From Dehalococcoidia bacterium (GTDB taxonomy: Bacteria; Chloroflexota; Dehalococcoidia; Bin125): a stretch of DNA of 64,000 nt. This document shows positions 21,154 through 31,052 of this stretch, piece by piece; within the stretch, counting starts at the first letter, position 1; each line of letters opens with the position of its first letter. Both the position numbers and the translations under genes were made by a program. Under the pieces are notes generated by a model. That model was not told where the DNA came from. It searched no databases and saw only the letters and a list, made by a program, of their open reading frames with translations. The stretch lies in NCBI GenBank assembly GCA_963663895.2, contig CAXXRD010000004.1, positions 32,001-96,000 of the forward strand, read 5' to 3'.

Positions 21154-22403
21154 GCGGGATGCGAGCGATTGCGACCCGTCCCCAGAAGCCGTCCGGCGAG
21201 GCAGCGCTGCAGCGGATCTGGGCGGAAGGCCCGCTGCCGCAGCCGCTGCGCTGCCTGGACGGCGAGCCGCTGCGCGTGATCTTTCGCGGCCGCGCGAACG
21301 GCGGCCCGGGGCCGGACTTCCGCAACGCCATCTTCCTCAATGGAAAGCAACGCCCCGTGCGCGGCGATGTGGAGCTGCATTGCCGCCTCGCCGATTGGTG
21401 GGCCCACGGCCATGCGAGCGACCCCGCCTACCGGGCCGTGACGCTGCACGTTGTCGCAGCGGGCGGCGGCACAAACAGGGGGGCGCGACCCGCGGGCGGG
21501 CGCATCGCCGAGCTGCGGGCGATCGAACCCGGCGCCAGGCCGCCCGCCGCAGTGGAGCGGTGCTGCGCACCCGCGCTCACGCGCCAACCGCGGGCGCTCC
21601 GCGCCGCACTGACGCGGCTGGGGCGGCGGCGCCTGCGAGCGAAGGCGTTGGGGCTGCAGCGAGCGTTCCAGGGAGCGTCTCCGACGCCGGACTCCGATCG
21701 AGACCAAGTCGCCTACGAAGCGCTGCTGCACGCGTTGGGCCAAGGAGGCACGGGAACAGCGGCACTGCGCGCATTGGCTCGCTCTGCCCCCCTGGCCGAG
21801 CTGCCTGCGGCGCGACCGGGCGATGCGTCACGACTGGCAACGACCCTGCTGCGCGGCTACGAAACGGCGCGGCGCGCGCGTTGGGGCGGGGAGCCGCCGT
21901 CCCCGACCCCGGCGCGACCGGCCAATTCCATGGCGCGCCGCTTGCAGGCCGCCGCGCGCCTGATCGCGGCGGATCGCGCGATCGCCGCGCGCTTCGCAGC
22001 ACTCGCTTCGGCAGCGCCCGCCGAGGCGACACAGGAGCTGAGCACGCTCAGCGGCCTGAGCAGCGGGGCGGCCACGCAACTGCTCGTCGATGCGGCCTAC
22101 CCATTCGCGCTGGCGGCGGCAGGCGCGGCTACCGCCAAGCTGGAGCAGCGTTGGCTGACGCTGCCGGGCGCGCACTACGGACGGACCAAGACCCTGCGCG
22201 CGCAACTGACGGCGGCCGGTCTTCGGGACTGGCGCAACGGCTGCACGCAGGGCCTGCTTGCCTTGGAGCGAGGCTACTGCGGCTGTGGGGCGGCGGCGAT
22301 CTGTCCACTGCGCCCCTTCCGCGCGCAGGCACCGCGAGCGGGGGCAGCGCTGGAACAGATCGTCCAGCCGGTGCCGCCGGCCCCAAGCGCGCAGCCGCGC
22401 TAG
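21150..22403 (+). CDS. DUF2851-family protein
   Basis: GRANGGPGPDFRNA...GDVELH...DWWAHGHASDPAYRAVTLHVV resembles DUF2851. GTG overlaps the HTH stop. Confidence 0.75.
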   Translation: MSGMRAIATRPQKPSGEAALQRIWAEGPLPQPLRCLDGEPLRVIFRGRANGGPGPDFRNAIFLNGKQRPVRGDVELHCRLADWWAHGHASDPAYRAVTLHVVAAGGGTNRGARPAGGRIAELRAIEPGARPPAAVERCCAPALTRQPRALRAALTRLGRRRLRAKALGLQRAFQGASPTPDSDRDQVAYEALLHALGQGGTGTAALRALARSAPLAELPAARPGDASRLATTLLRGYETARRARWGGEPPSPTPARPANSMARRLQAAARLIAADRAIAARFAALASAAPAEATQELSTLSGLSSGAATQLLVDAAYPFALAAAGAATAKLEQRWLTLPGAHYGRTKTLRAQLTAAGLRDWRNGCTQGLLALERGYCGCGAAAICPLRPFRAQAPRAGAALEQIVQPVPPAPSAQPR

Positions 22404-23461
22404 CCGGCCGTCGGGGCGGAGCGCGGGGCGGGTTTCGCGATCGAATGTGTCCCCGACGTGGAGAAGAGATCAAAGCGCAGCCCGTCAGCGCCGAGGGCGT
22501 CCCGCCGGTAGAAGGCGGCCGCGCCGATCATGGCGGCATTATCCGTGCAGAGCGCCGGTGGGGGCAGGCGCACCTCGATCCCCAACCGCTCTCCACAACG
22601 CTCCTGCAAGGCGTTTCGCAGGGCGCCGTTGGCAGCGACGCCACCGGCGGCCAGCACCGCACGGACATCGTAGGCCGCCGCCGCCGCCGCCGTTTTCGTC
22701 ACCAGCGCGTCGACCACCGCCTCTTGGAAGGCACGGGCCAGCGGACCCGGGCTCTGCGGCGGCTGCTCGCGGATCCTGTGCAGCACTGCCGTCTTGAGGC
22801 CGCTGAACGAGAAGTCGAACGTACCCGGGAGTCGCGCTCGGGGAAGCCGTCCAGCCGCGTGCCGGGCCGCGGCCGCCGTTCGCTCAATGGGCGGCCCCCC
22901 GGGAAAGGGGAGTCCGAGGAGCCGCGCCACTTTGTCGAAGGCCTCGCCCGCCGCGTCGTCGAGCGTGCCGCCCAACCGCGTGAGACGGCCGTGATTCTCC
23001 ATCAGCAGTAGCTCGCTGTGGCCGCCGCTCACCACCAGGCAGACTGCGGGGAGGGGCGGCGGCGCGCCGCCGTGCTGCGCGCGCGCGGGATCCAACCAGT
23101 TGGCGTAGATGTGGCCCTCAATATGATGCACCGGCAGGCAAGGCAGACCGCGAGCCCAGGCGATCGCCTTGGCGGCGTTCACCCCGACGAGGAGCGAGCC
23201 GCCGAGGCCAGGGCCCTGGGTGACGGCGACCGCGTCGAGGGCCATCCAGCTACAGCCCGCATCATGGAGCGTCTCTTGGAGAACGGCGGCGAGACTGCGC
23301 AGGTGCTCCCTCCCTGCGAGCTCGGGCACAACGCCGCCGTAGCGCCGATGAACTTCGATCTGTGAGGCGACGACCGATGCGCGAATCGTGCGGCCGTCCG
23401 CCACCACCGCCGCGGCGTTCTCGTCACAGGAGGTTTCGAGCGCGAGCACTTGGAAAGACAC
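22400..23461 (-). CDS. tsaD: tRNA N6-adenosine threonylcarbamoyltransferase
   Basis: LALETSCDE, HHIEGH, SGGHS, DDAAGEAFDKVAR and CTDNAAMIG. Confidence 0.97.
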   Translation of the reverse strand: MSFQVLALETSCDENAAAVVADGRTIRASVVASQIEVHRRYGGVVPELAGREHLRSLAAVLQETLHDAGCSWMALDAVAVTQGPGLGGSLLVGVNAAKAIAWARGLPCLPVHHIEGHIYANWLDPARAQHGGAPPPLPAVCLVVSGGHSELLLMENHGRLTRLGGTLDDAAGEAFDKVARLLGLPFPGGPPIERTAAAARHAAGRLPRARLPGTFDFSFSGLKTAVLHRIREQPPQSPGPLARAFQEAVVDALVTKTAAAAAAYDVRAVLAAGGVAANGALRNALQERCGERLGIEVRLPPPALCTDNAAMIGAAAFYRRDALGADGLRFDLFSTSGTHSIAKPAPRSAPTAG

Positions 23462-23502
23462 AGCGGCAGTGTAGCCAGCGGCTGGGGTAGACGTGCGCAG
23501 CG

Positions 23503-26500
23503 CTAGCTGGTCTGGTCGGCGGCCGAGGCCGGGAACGCAGGTAAGGCCGAGGTCAGGAGCGCGTCCGGCGTGACGTAATAGAGGCGACCGGCCGCCTCGT
23601 CCACGGCGACGCCTCGGAGTCCGGCGAGGAGGTCGTCCCGGATCTGGAGGAGTAGGTCGCCAGAGGGGTCGAAGACGACCACGCGATTATTTCCCCGGTC
23701 GACCGCGTAGATCAGACCGCTCTGGCTGCCGAGCTTCAGCGATGCCGCGAACAGGAGGGGGCGATCGAGGCCGACTTCGGTGAAGGCTTGCTCGCCGCCG
23801 CCGAAAAAGCGACGCAGGCGGCCGTCGCTGCTGGCCATGAAAATAGCGCCCGACACGACGATGGAATTCGCGCCCGCCAGCCCCGTACGCTCCAGCACCG
23901 GCATGCCGCTGACCAGCGAGCCGTCCGGGCCGGCGCCGTAGCGCCAGACGCTCCCGCCGGCGACGTCGAGGAGGTAGACCGCGGTGCCTTCCGTCGTGAC
24001 CGCGTCGACCGAACCGAGCGTGGCGGCGTCCGGCAGCCCGATGACGCTCAATCCAGCGCCGGGCGCATAGCGGAAGAGTTGGCGCTCGCTGTCGAGAATG
24101 TACAGGCCCGACTCGGTCACGGACCAATGGACGTCAACCGGAGCCGCGACGGTGGCCTCTCCCACCCGTTCCCCTTGGCGCAGCACGGTGGCCGGTTCGC
24201 CCGTCCCTTCAAGCGGCCAGGCGAAGACCCGGCCGCCGCTTTCGTCCAGCAGGTAGATCTCCGACTGCCCAATCTCCACCTCGCCCAGCGCGAATGGCGG
24301 CGCGACGAGCGCGCCCAAGTCAAGCGCGACGGCGACATCGTCTGGCCGAACGATGAGATTGATCCGCCGCAAGGCCGTTTCGATCTCGGCTTGGAGTGCG
24401 ACCGCCTCCTCGTTGGCGGGCTCCGACGCCAACGCCTCCCCCACGCTGGCGACTGCGAGTTCCAGCTCCTCGCGCACGATCTGCGGCTCCTGCGCGAGCG
24501 AGGCGGCGCGGAAGCGTAAGCGCGCCTCGGCGATCAGTCTGTCGACCTGGTTGGACTGCGACTCCCGCAGCAGGTCCGGCACCAACAGCGCCCCTCCTAT
24601 GATCAAGAGCACCCCGATCGTGCCTCCAAGCACTAACACGACGGTTGTCCAGTTCGTCCTCCAGGCGCGATCGTGGCCCGCTTCGGATCCGGGCGCGCGG
24701 CGGCGGGCGCGCAAGTTGGGGACGATGCGGCGCAGCCCAAACAAGGGGTCCACGGCAAGGGCAGCGTCGAGGTCTCGCTTTTCGGGCAGCAACACATGGG
24801 GCAGCGGACTGAAGGGGTTCGCCGGCCAAGCCACGGATTGCGCGGTTAGCGATGGCTCGATCACAAGTTCGGCGGGTTCGAAAGCATGCGCTCCCTCAAG
24901 CCAGGAAACCTGGCCCACCATCGGGTCGGCCACCGCCGCCGCAGTGGGTTGCGCCACCCTGGCGGCGGCACCGGGAAGGGACCCGCCCGCAAGGAACGGC
25001 GGAGCCGAGGGCGGCCGTTGGGGAAGCGGCAGCGGGAAGATCGGTGTGAACAGGGGGTTGGCCGCCTGGGGAGGAGTGGCCGCAGCAGCGCCCGAGCCGA
25101 GGAGACTCGCGTGCGCCGGGGGGTCGTCCCTGCCCGGCGGCGCTTCCGCGCCGGCCGGATTGGGTTCGAGGAGAGGTGGTGGGGCGAGGGCAGGATCGCC
25201 CCCGTCTTCGTCGCTTCCGGCGGGGCGGCTCCAGTCCCCCTGCTCCCGGCCGGGAGAGGAAGCATCGCTGCCCTCGCTTGGGCGCCGAGGGGCGGATGCC
25301 GGTGATCCACGCCTCGGCACCGCCCTCTCCGATGCCCCCGCAGGCACCGATCCCCTTCGCTCCCCAAGTCCGTAGGCACCTTCAGTCTCCCCCGAGACGC
25401 CGTCAGCCGACTCGCCGACTTCCTCAGGGGCCTCATCAGGGACGAGGGGAGGGCTGCCGTCGCTCTGGGGGGGGGATTCGTTGGAGGAGCGATCGGCACG
25501 GTCGTCATCCGGCGCCCCGGCGCTCGCTGAATGGTCCAGTGGCGCCGCTTCGGCACCGGCAGGGGACTCTCCAAGGCCGTCAAGCGGGGACTGGGGTTCA
25601 CTGGAGATGCCGGGCAGATGAAATTCAACGGGCTTGAACGGCGGCGGCACCAGCGCGGCCGGGTCAATGCGATCGGAGGCGGCGGACCCGGCCGCAGTGG
25701 CCGAGCCGTCCCCAAGATCGCCGAGCGACGAGGGGGCGGCTGCCTCGGCCTTCGAGACGCCGTGCCGTCTCTCCTGCCGCGCAGGGCTCGCCGTCTCGGG
25801 CTCCACCGCTTTCCAAGGGTCATCGCCAGCAATGCGATATCTCCAACCGAGGATGCGCCGCAAGCCGCCGGCGATCGCGCCCAGGACGCCGGAGTGCGCC
25901 AGGGACGCACGTGCCGGGGTTCCGCTCGAACCGCCGGACCCCGGCGGTAGCGGCGCTCCGGCAGGGGGCGGATCGCCGCCGAGCGCACCGCTCCTTTCGC
26001 TCGCAGCGGGGCGCTCGCCTTCGAGCCCGGGCGGCGGCGCGATCGGAGCGGCCGAGGCCGCTTCCCCCATCTCACGCGCGCCGCTCGGTACCGGCTCAGC
26101 CTGGATCGGCCTGGCATCCGGCAACGGCTCGTCTCCCGGCGGCGGAACGGATACGGCGACATCCACATCGCCGGGCGCCTCGGGCGCGAGGTAGGCAACG
26201 GCCGACAGCGGAGCGACCACCAGCGCCGACACGCTGGGCAGCGTGTTCAGGAACGGGTATAGGAAAGGGAGGACTTCGTCCGGCGGTATCTCCCGTAGTC
26301 GCTCCCGCACCGCGTCCGAAAAGATCGCCTGCGCCGCCCGGCTGATGAGCAGAGCGTAGCCCTCCGGACCGAGCTCCACGCGCTGGAACTCCGGATTCGC
26401 GATCTCGGCGATGCCGAGCGCGCGCGCCGCGCGTTTCTCGCGCGGCGCGTGCTGCGCGATGGCCGCGCCGTGGCGGATGTAGGCCAGGCTGGGACCAAGC

Positions 26501-26853
26501 TGGCACAAGAGCGACGCGTCCTCGCGGAGCAGCAGGCAGGAAAGGCCATAGCTGGCTCGATCCTTGGGCAAGCTGCGACGGTTCCAGTCGCGCAGCTCGG
26601 CTTGGCGAGCGCGCAGGACGCTCTGCATGGTGCCGGTGAGCGATCCCTCGGCCGTGAGGAACTCCTCGCCGATCCGGGTGACCATCTCACCGATGAAGCG
26701 CTCACTGCCGGGACGCGCGGGCTCGGCCACGATGTAGAGGCGCTCGCGTCGATTCCCGGAACCGTAGCGCTCCGCGAACGCGATCTCGGGAGATTCTTCG
26801 CTGGCTTCGCCCTTGACGATGCGGAGCTGCGCCGTCCAGAACTCTGCCGTCAT
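23503..26853 (-). CDS. Single-pass membrane protein: degenerate PP2C-like N-domain, long low-complexity linker, TM segment, C-terminal NHL-like beta-propeller
   Basis: One hydrophobic segment (VVLVLGGTIGVLLIIGGALLV); C-terminal repeats IYLLDESGGRVF / LYILDSERQL / VYLLDVAGGSVW / IYAVDRGNNRVVVF; Pro/Ala/Ser/Gly-rich middle. Confidence 0.7.
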   Translation of the reverse strand: MTAEFWTAQLRIVKGEASEESPEIAFAERYGSGNRRERLYIVAEPARPGSERFIGEMVTRIGEEFLTAEGSLTGTMQSVLRARQAELRDWNRRSLPKDRASYGLSCLLLREDASLLCQLGPSLAYIRHGAAIAQHAPREKRAARALGIAEIANPEFQRVELGPEGYALLISRAAQAIFSDAVRERLREIPPDEVLPFLYPFLNTLPSVSALVVAPLSAVAYLAPEAPGDVDVAVSVPPPGDEPLPDARPIQAEPVPSGAREMGEAASAAPIAPPPGLEGERPAASERSGALGGDPPPAGAPLPPGSGGSSGTPARASLAHSGVLGAIAGGLRRILGWRYRIAGDDPWKAVEPETASPARQERRHGVSKAEAAAPSSLGDLGDGSATAAGSAASDRIDPAALVPPPFKPVEFHLPGISSEPQSPLDGLGESPAGAEAAPLDHSASAGAPDDDRADRSSNESPPQSDGSPPLVPDEAPEEVGESADGVSGETEGAYGLGERRGSVPAGASERAVPRRGSPASAPRRPSEGSDASSPGREQGDWSRPAGSDEDGGDPALAPPPLLEPNPAGAEAPPGRDDPPAHASLLGSGAAAATPPQAANPLFTPIFPLPLPQRPPSAPPFLAGGSLPGAAARVAQPTAAAVADPMVGQVSWLEGAHAFEPAELVIEPSLTAQSVAWPANPFSPLPHVLLPEKRDLDAALAVDPLFGLRRIVPNLRARRRAPGSEAGHDRAWRTNWTTVVLVLGGTIGVLLIIGGALLVPDLLRESQSNQVDRLIAEARLRFRAASLAQEPQIVREELELAVASVGEALASEPANEEAVALQAEIETALRRINLIVRPDDVAVALDLGALVAPPFALGEVEIGQSEIYLLDESGGRVFAWPLEGTGEPATVLRQGERVGEATVAAPVDVHWSVTESGLYILDSERQLFRYAPGAGLSVIGLPDAATLGSVDAVTTEGTAVYLLDVAGGSVWRYGAGPDGSLVSGMPVLERTGLAGANSIVVSGAIFMASSDGRLRRFFGGGEQAFTEVGLDRPLLFAASLKLGSQSGLIYAVDRGNNRVVVFDPSGDLLLQIRDDLLAGLRGVAVDEAAGRLYYVTPDALLTSALPAFPASAADQTS

Positions 26854-26999
26854 CCGGCTCGACCCTCACCGCCGCCCCGTTGGGATCCCTCTCACTGTAC
26901 CATCCGAGCGGAAGGTCGATGCACCGAATCCGCGCGATCGCGGGCGCGCGGGAGACGACGCGAACCCAGGCGCGCACGGGTTGGACATCATGGCGAGGC

Positions 27000-27413
27000 G
27001 TGACGCATCCCCACAGTGACCCTGAAGAGCCGGATGATGCGCACGGCGTGATCGAACGCGCCGCCGCCGAGGTGGCGGATCTGCTCCGTCGCACGGCGGC
27101 AGAGATTCGTCCCTTTCCCGCGTTCCCCGGCGCGTTCTTCACAGAAGCCGTCGAAGTGGAGACGGCGGCAGCGCGCGCGCGCGATCACGGCTGCATCGTC
27201 GTGACGCGCGAGGGCGAACTCAGGGAGCTGCGGATCGGCATCGACGCGGAAGCGTTCGAGCACCCCGGGGCGCCGGATCCGGTCGCCTTGCGCAGCGAGG
27301 AGCTGGCCGCAGTCGATCTCAGCGCGGCCGACCGCCTGCTGTACGGCCTGGCAGCGCTGCGGACGCTCACCGCGCTGGCCGGATGCGGCCGCAAGGGCGA
27401 CCACAATCGCTAG
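27000..27413 (+). CDS. Hypothetical protein
   Basis: Protein-like ORF filling the gap before convergent moaC. GTG start uncertain. Confidence 0.6.
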   Translation: MTHPHSDPEEPDDAHGVIERAAAEVADLLRRTAAEIRPFPAFPGAFFTEAVEVETAAARARDHGCIVVTREGELRELRIGIDAEAFEHPGAPDPVALRSEELAAVDLSAADRLLYGLAALRTLTALAGCGRKGDHNR

Positions 27414-27910
27414 GGCAGCTCGATCGCGCCCGAGCGCCCACCCCGCTTCTCGCGAAGCCGGATATCCGTGATGCGCATGCCGCGGTCGACGGCCTTGGCC
27501 ATGTCGTAGATCGTCAAGGCCGCCACGCTCACGGCCGTCAGCGCCTCCATCTCGACGCCGGTGCGGCCCCGGCATCCCACGCGCGCGCGGATCTCCACCG
27601 CACCGCCGAATCCCTCGGGCGCCTGCTCCGAGAGGCGGAGCGCGAGATCGACGTGCGTCAGGGCGAGCGGATGGCAGAGGGGAACGAGCTCATGCGTGCG
27701 CTTGGCCGCCATCACGCCCGCGATCCGGGCCGCGGCGAGGAGGTCGCCTTTCGCCAACGTGGCGTCCTTGATCTGATCGAGCGTCGACCGCTGCAGCAAG
27801 ACGCGTCCCTCGGCCACCGCCTCGCGCTCGCCCTCGTCCTTGCCGGCGACGTCCACCATGCGCAGCCGGCCCTCAGGATCGACATGGGACAGCGAGCGGG
27901 GATCCGCCAC
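27410..27910 (-). CDS. moaC: Cyclic pyranopterin monophosphate synthase
   Basis: LSHVD...MVDV, LVPLCHP, TGVEMEAL and IYDMAKAVD. Confidence 0.96.
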   Translation of the reverse strand: MADPRSLSHVDPEGRLRMVDVAGKDEGEREAVAEGRVLLQRSTLDQIKDATLAKGDLLAAARIAGVMAAKRTHELVPLCHPLALTHVDLALRLSEQAPEGFGGAVEIRARVGCRGRTGVEMEALTAVSVAALTIYDMAKAVDRGMRITDIRLREKRGGRSGAIELP

Positions 27911-27912
27911 CG

Positions 27913-28941
27913 TTAGCCTCCGATGTAGGACATCTCGATGCGAGAAGGGCTCGCAGTTTGGCTCGACCGGATCTCCGAATAGCGATCTTCGCGGGTGTTC
28001 CAGGTTCGACGAACGAGCCGCGACAGCAGCGCGTCGTTGGCGCCGCCGCGCAGCGGTTGGCGCAGGTCCGTGCCGATCGACGCGAAGAGGCAAGTGTAGA
28101 GCTTCCCATCGGCCGAGAGACGCGCACGGGTACAGTCGCCGCAGAACGGCTGGGTCACCGAGGCGATGACGCCGATCTCGCCGGAGCCGTCGCGGTAGCG
28201 GTAGCGCGCCGCCACCTCTCCCCGGTAGTTGGGCTCCAGCGGCTCCAGCGGCAGCTCGGCGTCGATCCTCTCGACGATCTCCGCGGCCGGCACCACCTCG
28301 TCGAGACACCAGCCGTTGGTATGTCCCACATCCATGTACTCGATGAAGCGCAGCACATGGCCGCTGCCCTTGAAGTAGCGCGCCAGCGGCAGGATGGCCG
28401 CGTCGTTCAGGCCGCGCCGCACCACCGCGTTGACTTTGAGGGGGCGCAGACCCGCGGCCGCGGCCGCGTCGATCCCGTCCAGCACCTTTGCCACGGGGAA
28501 GTGCGCATCGGTCATCGCTTGGAAGATGTCATCGTCCAACGCATCAAGGCTAATGGTTACGCGTCGCAAACCCGCCGCCGCGAGCGGCACCGCTTGCTGC
28601 TCCAGCAGCGAGCCGTTGGTGGTGAGGGTCAGATCAACGTGCGGGATCGCCGCGAGCATCGTCACCAACGTCGGCAGCTCGCGCCGGAGAAGGGGCTCGC
28701 CGCCGGTGAGCCGAATCTTGCGAACGCCCTCCGCGACGAAGATCCGCGTCAAACGGGCGATCTCCTCGAAGCTGAGGATCTCGGAGCTGGGGAGAAACTC
28801 GAAGCCGGGGCCGAAGAGCTCGCGAGGCATACAGTAGCGACAGCGGAAGTTGCAGCGATCGGTCACCGAGATGCGCAGGTCGCGCAGGGGGCGACCGCGG
28901 GTGTCGGTCAGCGCAGGCCCCGCAGGCGATCGATCGCTCAT
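27913..28941 (-). CDS. moaA: GTP 3',8-cyclase (radical SAM)
   Basis: [28 protein letters not shown]...C and a C-terminal IGG. Confidence 0.97.
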   Translation of the reverse strand: MSDRSPAGPALTDTRGRPLRDLRISVTDRCNFRCRYCMPRELFGPGFEFLPSSEILSFEEIARLTRIFVAEGVRKIRLTGGEPLLRRELPTLVTMLAAIPHVDLTLTTNGSLLEQQAVPLAAAGLRRVTISLDALDDDIFQAMTDAHFPVAKVLDGIDAAAAAGLRPLKVNAVVRRGLNDAAILPLARYFKGSGHVLRFIEYMDVGHTNGWCLDEVVPAAEIVERIDAELPLEPLEPNYRGEVAARYRYRDGSGEIGVIASVTQPFCGDCTRARLSADGKLYTCLFASIGTDLRQPLRGGANDALLSRLVRRTWNTREDRYSEIRSSQTASPSRIEMSYIGG

Positions 28942-29564
28942 CGGCTTGGCTCCGCGAGCAAGCGCGCCAGCAGCGGCGCGGCGGCCTGCAGGGCGCGGGC
29001 CCGGTGGCTGATGCGGTTCTTCTCGTCCATGATCAGCTCAGCCATGCGTCTGCCGTCCGGCAATTCGAAGAGCGGATCGTAGCCGAAGCCATCGCTGCCT
29101 CGCTCGTCGCTTGCGATGCTGCCCGTCACGATCCCCTCCGTACACCAGACGCGCGACTGGCGCGGCAGCGCGATGGCGACCAGCGCCCGGTAGCGGGCCT
29201 TCCTGCCCTCTGCCGGGACGCCCTCCAGTGCCGCCAGGAGCCGCGCCCGGTTGGCGGCGTCCGTTGCGCCAGCTCCAGCATAACGGGCCGAATGGATGCC
29301 CGGCGCGCCTGCCAAGGCCTCGACTTCGAGGCCGGAATCGTCGGCCAGGGCGGGCAGACCGGCCGCATCGGCGAAGGCGCGCGCCTTGAGCGCCGCGTTT
29401 TCCCGGTAGGTGGCCCCGCTCTCCACCACGTGGAGGTGAGCGAGGTCTGCCTCTTCCAGCGCCACCAGCGCCCAGTCCGCGCCGATCAGCCGGCGCAGCT
29501 CGCGCAGCTTGCCGGCGTTGTGCGTTGCCAGCAGGAGCGTCCGCGCGGGTCGCCGATCGGGCAT
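28938..29564 (-). CDS. rdgB: Non-canonical purine NTP pyrophosphatase (RdgB/HAM1)
   Basis: [25 protein letters not shown] and KNRISHR. Confidence 0.95.
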   Translation of the reverse strand: MPDRRPARTLLLATHNAGKLRELRRLIGADWALVALEEADLAHLHVVESGATYRENAALKARAFADAAGLPALADDSGLEVEALAGAPGIHSARYAGAGATDAANRARLLAALEGVPAEGRKARYRALVAIALPRQSRVWCTEGIVTGSIASDERGSDGFGYDPLFELPDGRRMAELIMDEKNRISHRARALQAAAPLLARLLAEPSR

Positions 29565-29640
29565 GGCGTGCTCTTCCCCCTTGCCGTGGCGTAGGGTACC
29601 GCTACGCTGAGCCTCCAACCGGTCACCCGTCACCGGGGAT

Positions 29641-31050
29641 GTGAGCATGGACTACCGCGCCGCCGTCGACTACTTGCTCGGATTCGCCGACTTCGAACGG
29701 TCACGCCAAGCCGATCGGGAAGCGGGCGCGTTCGCACTGGATCGGATCACCTCGCTGCTGCAGCGGCTGGATCGGCCGGAGGCAGGCCGCCTCACGGTGC
29801 ACGTCGCCGGGTCGAAGGGCAAGGGATCGGTGGCGACGATGGTCGAGTCGATCCTGCGGGCGCAGGGGCTGCGCACTGGTCTCTATACGAGCCCGCACTT
29901 GCACGATTTCACCGAGCGGATCGCGATCGATGGGGCGGCGATCAGGCAGGAGGCGTTCGCCGACCTGGTCAAGCAGCTAGAGCCCGTGGTCGCGGCGGAG
30001 CTGCGCGACGCTCCGGGCCGACTCAGCACGTTCGAGCTGCTCACCGCCATGGCCTTCCTCGCTTTTCGCGAGGCCGCAGTGGAGGCGCAAGTGATCGAGG
30101 TGGGTCTCGGCGGCCGTCTCGACAGCACCAACATCCTCGCCGAGAAGGACGTCGCCGTCATCACCGCCATCTCGGAAGAGCACGCCAGCATCCTGGGGCC
30201 CGAGCTGAGCCGCATCGCCTCGGAGAAAGCGGGGATCATCGTCCCGGGGACGAAGGCCGCGGTGCTCGGTCCGCAGCGGAGTCGCGCCGCCGCCGCGCGG
30301 GTGATCGCGCGGGCGCAAGAGGTCGGCGTACCCCTGACGCAGGTGACGGAGCGCTACCGCTGGGAGTACGCCGGTACCGACCGACACGGCCAGTGGCTGC
30401 GGATCAGGCCGAGAGACGCCGCCGCCGACCCGGCGGAAAATGGCGAAGAGAGGTCAGCCGAGAGCAACCTCTATCTACTGCCGCTGATGGGGAACCACCA
30501 GATCGAGAACGCCGCGACGGCGCTCGCCGCGATCGACGGGCTGCGGGCGCAGGGGCTGGCGATCGAGGGGCGCGCGATCCGGACAGGTCTCGCCACCGTG
30601 CGCTGGCCGGCGCGTCTGGAGTTGATCGCCGACAACCCGCGGCTCGTCATCGACGCGGCGCACAACGGCGAATCGTTCGACCGCGTGCTGGAGTCGCTGC
30701 GCAGCTATTTCCCGCATGAGCGGCTGGTGGTGGTGGTGGGCATGTTGCGCGATAAAGATCTGGCAGCCGTCGCGCAACTCCTCCACGAGCGCGCGGCGGC
30801 GCTGGTCGTGACCCAGCCGGACCATCCGCGCGCCCTAGAGGCGCCCGCACTGGCGGAGGCGTTCGCCGGATTCGAGGGAGCGATGCTGGTGGAGGCGACC
30901 GTGGCCGACGCCCTCGGCGCGGCACGGGGCCTGGCAGGGGAGCAAGACGTGATCGCCGTGCTGGGGTCGATCTTCCTGGCGGCCGAGACGCGCGCCCTCA
31001 CGCTACGGCAGCGCGGCGCGGCGCCGACCTCGGCGCGCGCGGAGTCCTAG
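29641..31050 (+). CDS. folC: Folylpolyglutamate synthase/dihydrofolate synthase
   Basis: HVAGSKGKGS, YTSPHL, EVGLGGRLDSTN and DAAHN. Confidence 0.95.
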   Translation: MSMDYRAAVDYLLGFADFERSRQADREAGAFALDRITSLLQRLDRPEAGRLTVHVAGSKGKGSVATMVESILRAQGLRTGLYTSPHLHDFTERIAIDGAAIRQEAFADLVKQLEPVVAAELRDAPGRLSTFELLTAMAFLAFREAAVEAQVIEVGLGGRLDSTNILAEKDVAVITAISEEHASILGPELSRIASEKAGIIVPGTKAAVLGPQRSRAAAARVIARAQEVGVPLTQVTERYRWEYAGTDRHGQWLRIRPRDAAADPAENGEERSAESNLYLLPLMGNHQIENAATALAAIDGLRAQGLAIEGRAIRTGLATVRWPARLELIADNPRLVIDAAHNGESFDRVLESLRSYFPHERLVVVVGMLRDKDLAAVAQLLHERAAALVVTQPDHPRALEAPALAEAFAGFEGAMLVEATVADALGAARGLAGEQDVIAVLGSIFLAAETRALTLRQRGAAPTSARAES

Positions 31051-31052
31051 CC

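Noticed and set aside
25467-25475. G9 homopolymer in the 1116-aa membrane protein gene
   Set aside because: The reading frame is intact through it; no evidence of phase variation from the sequence alone.
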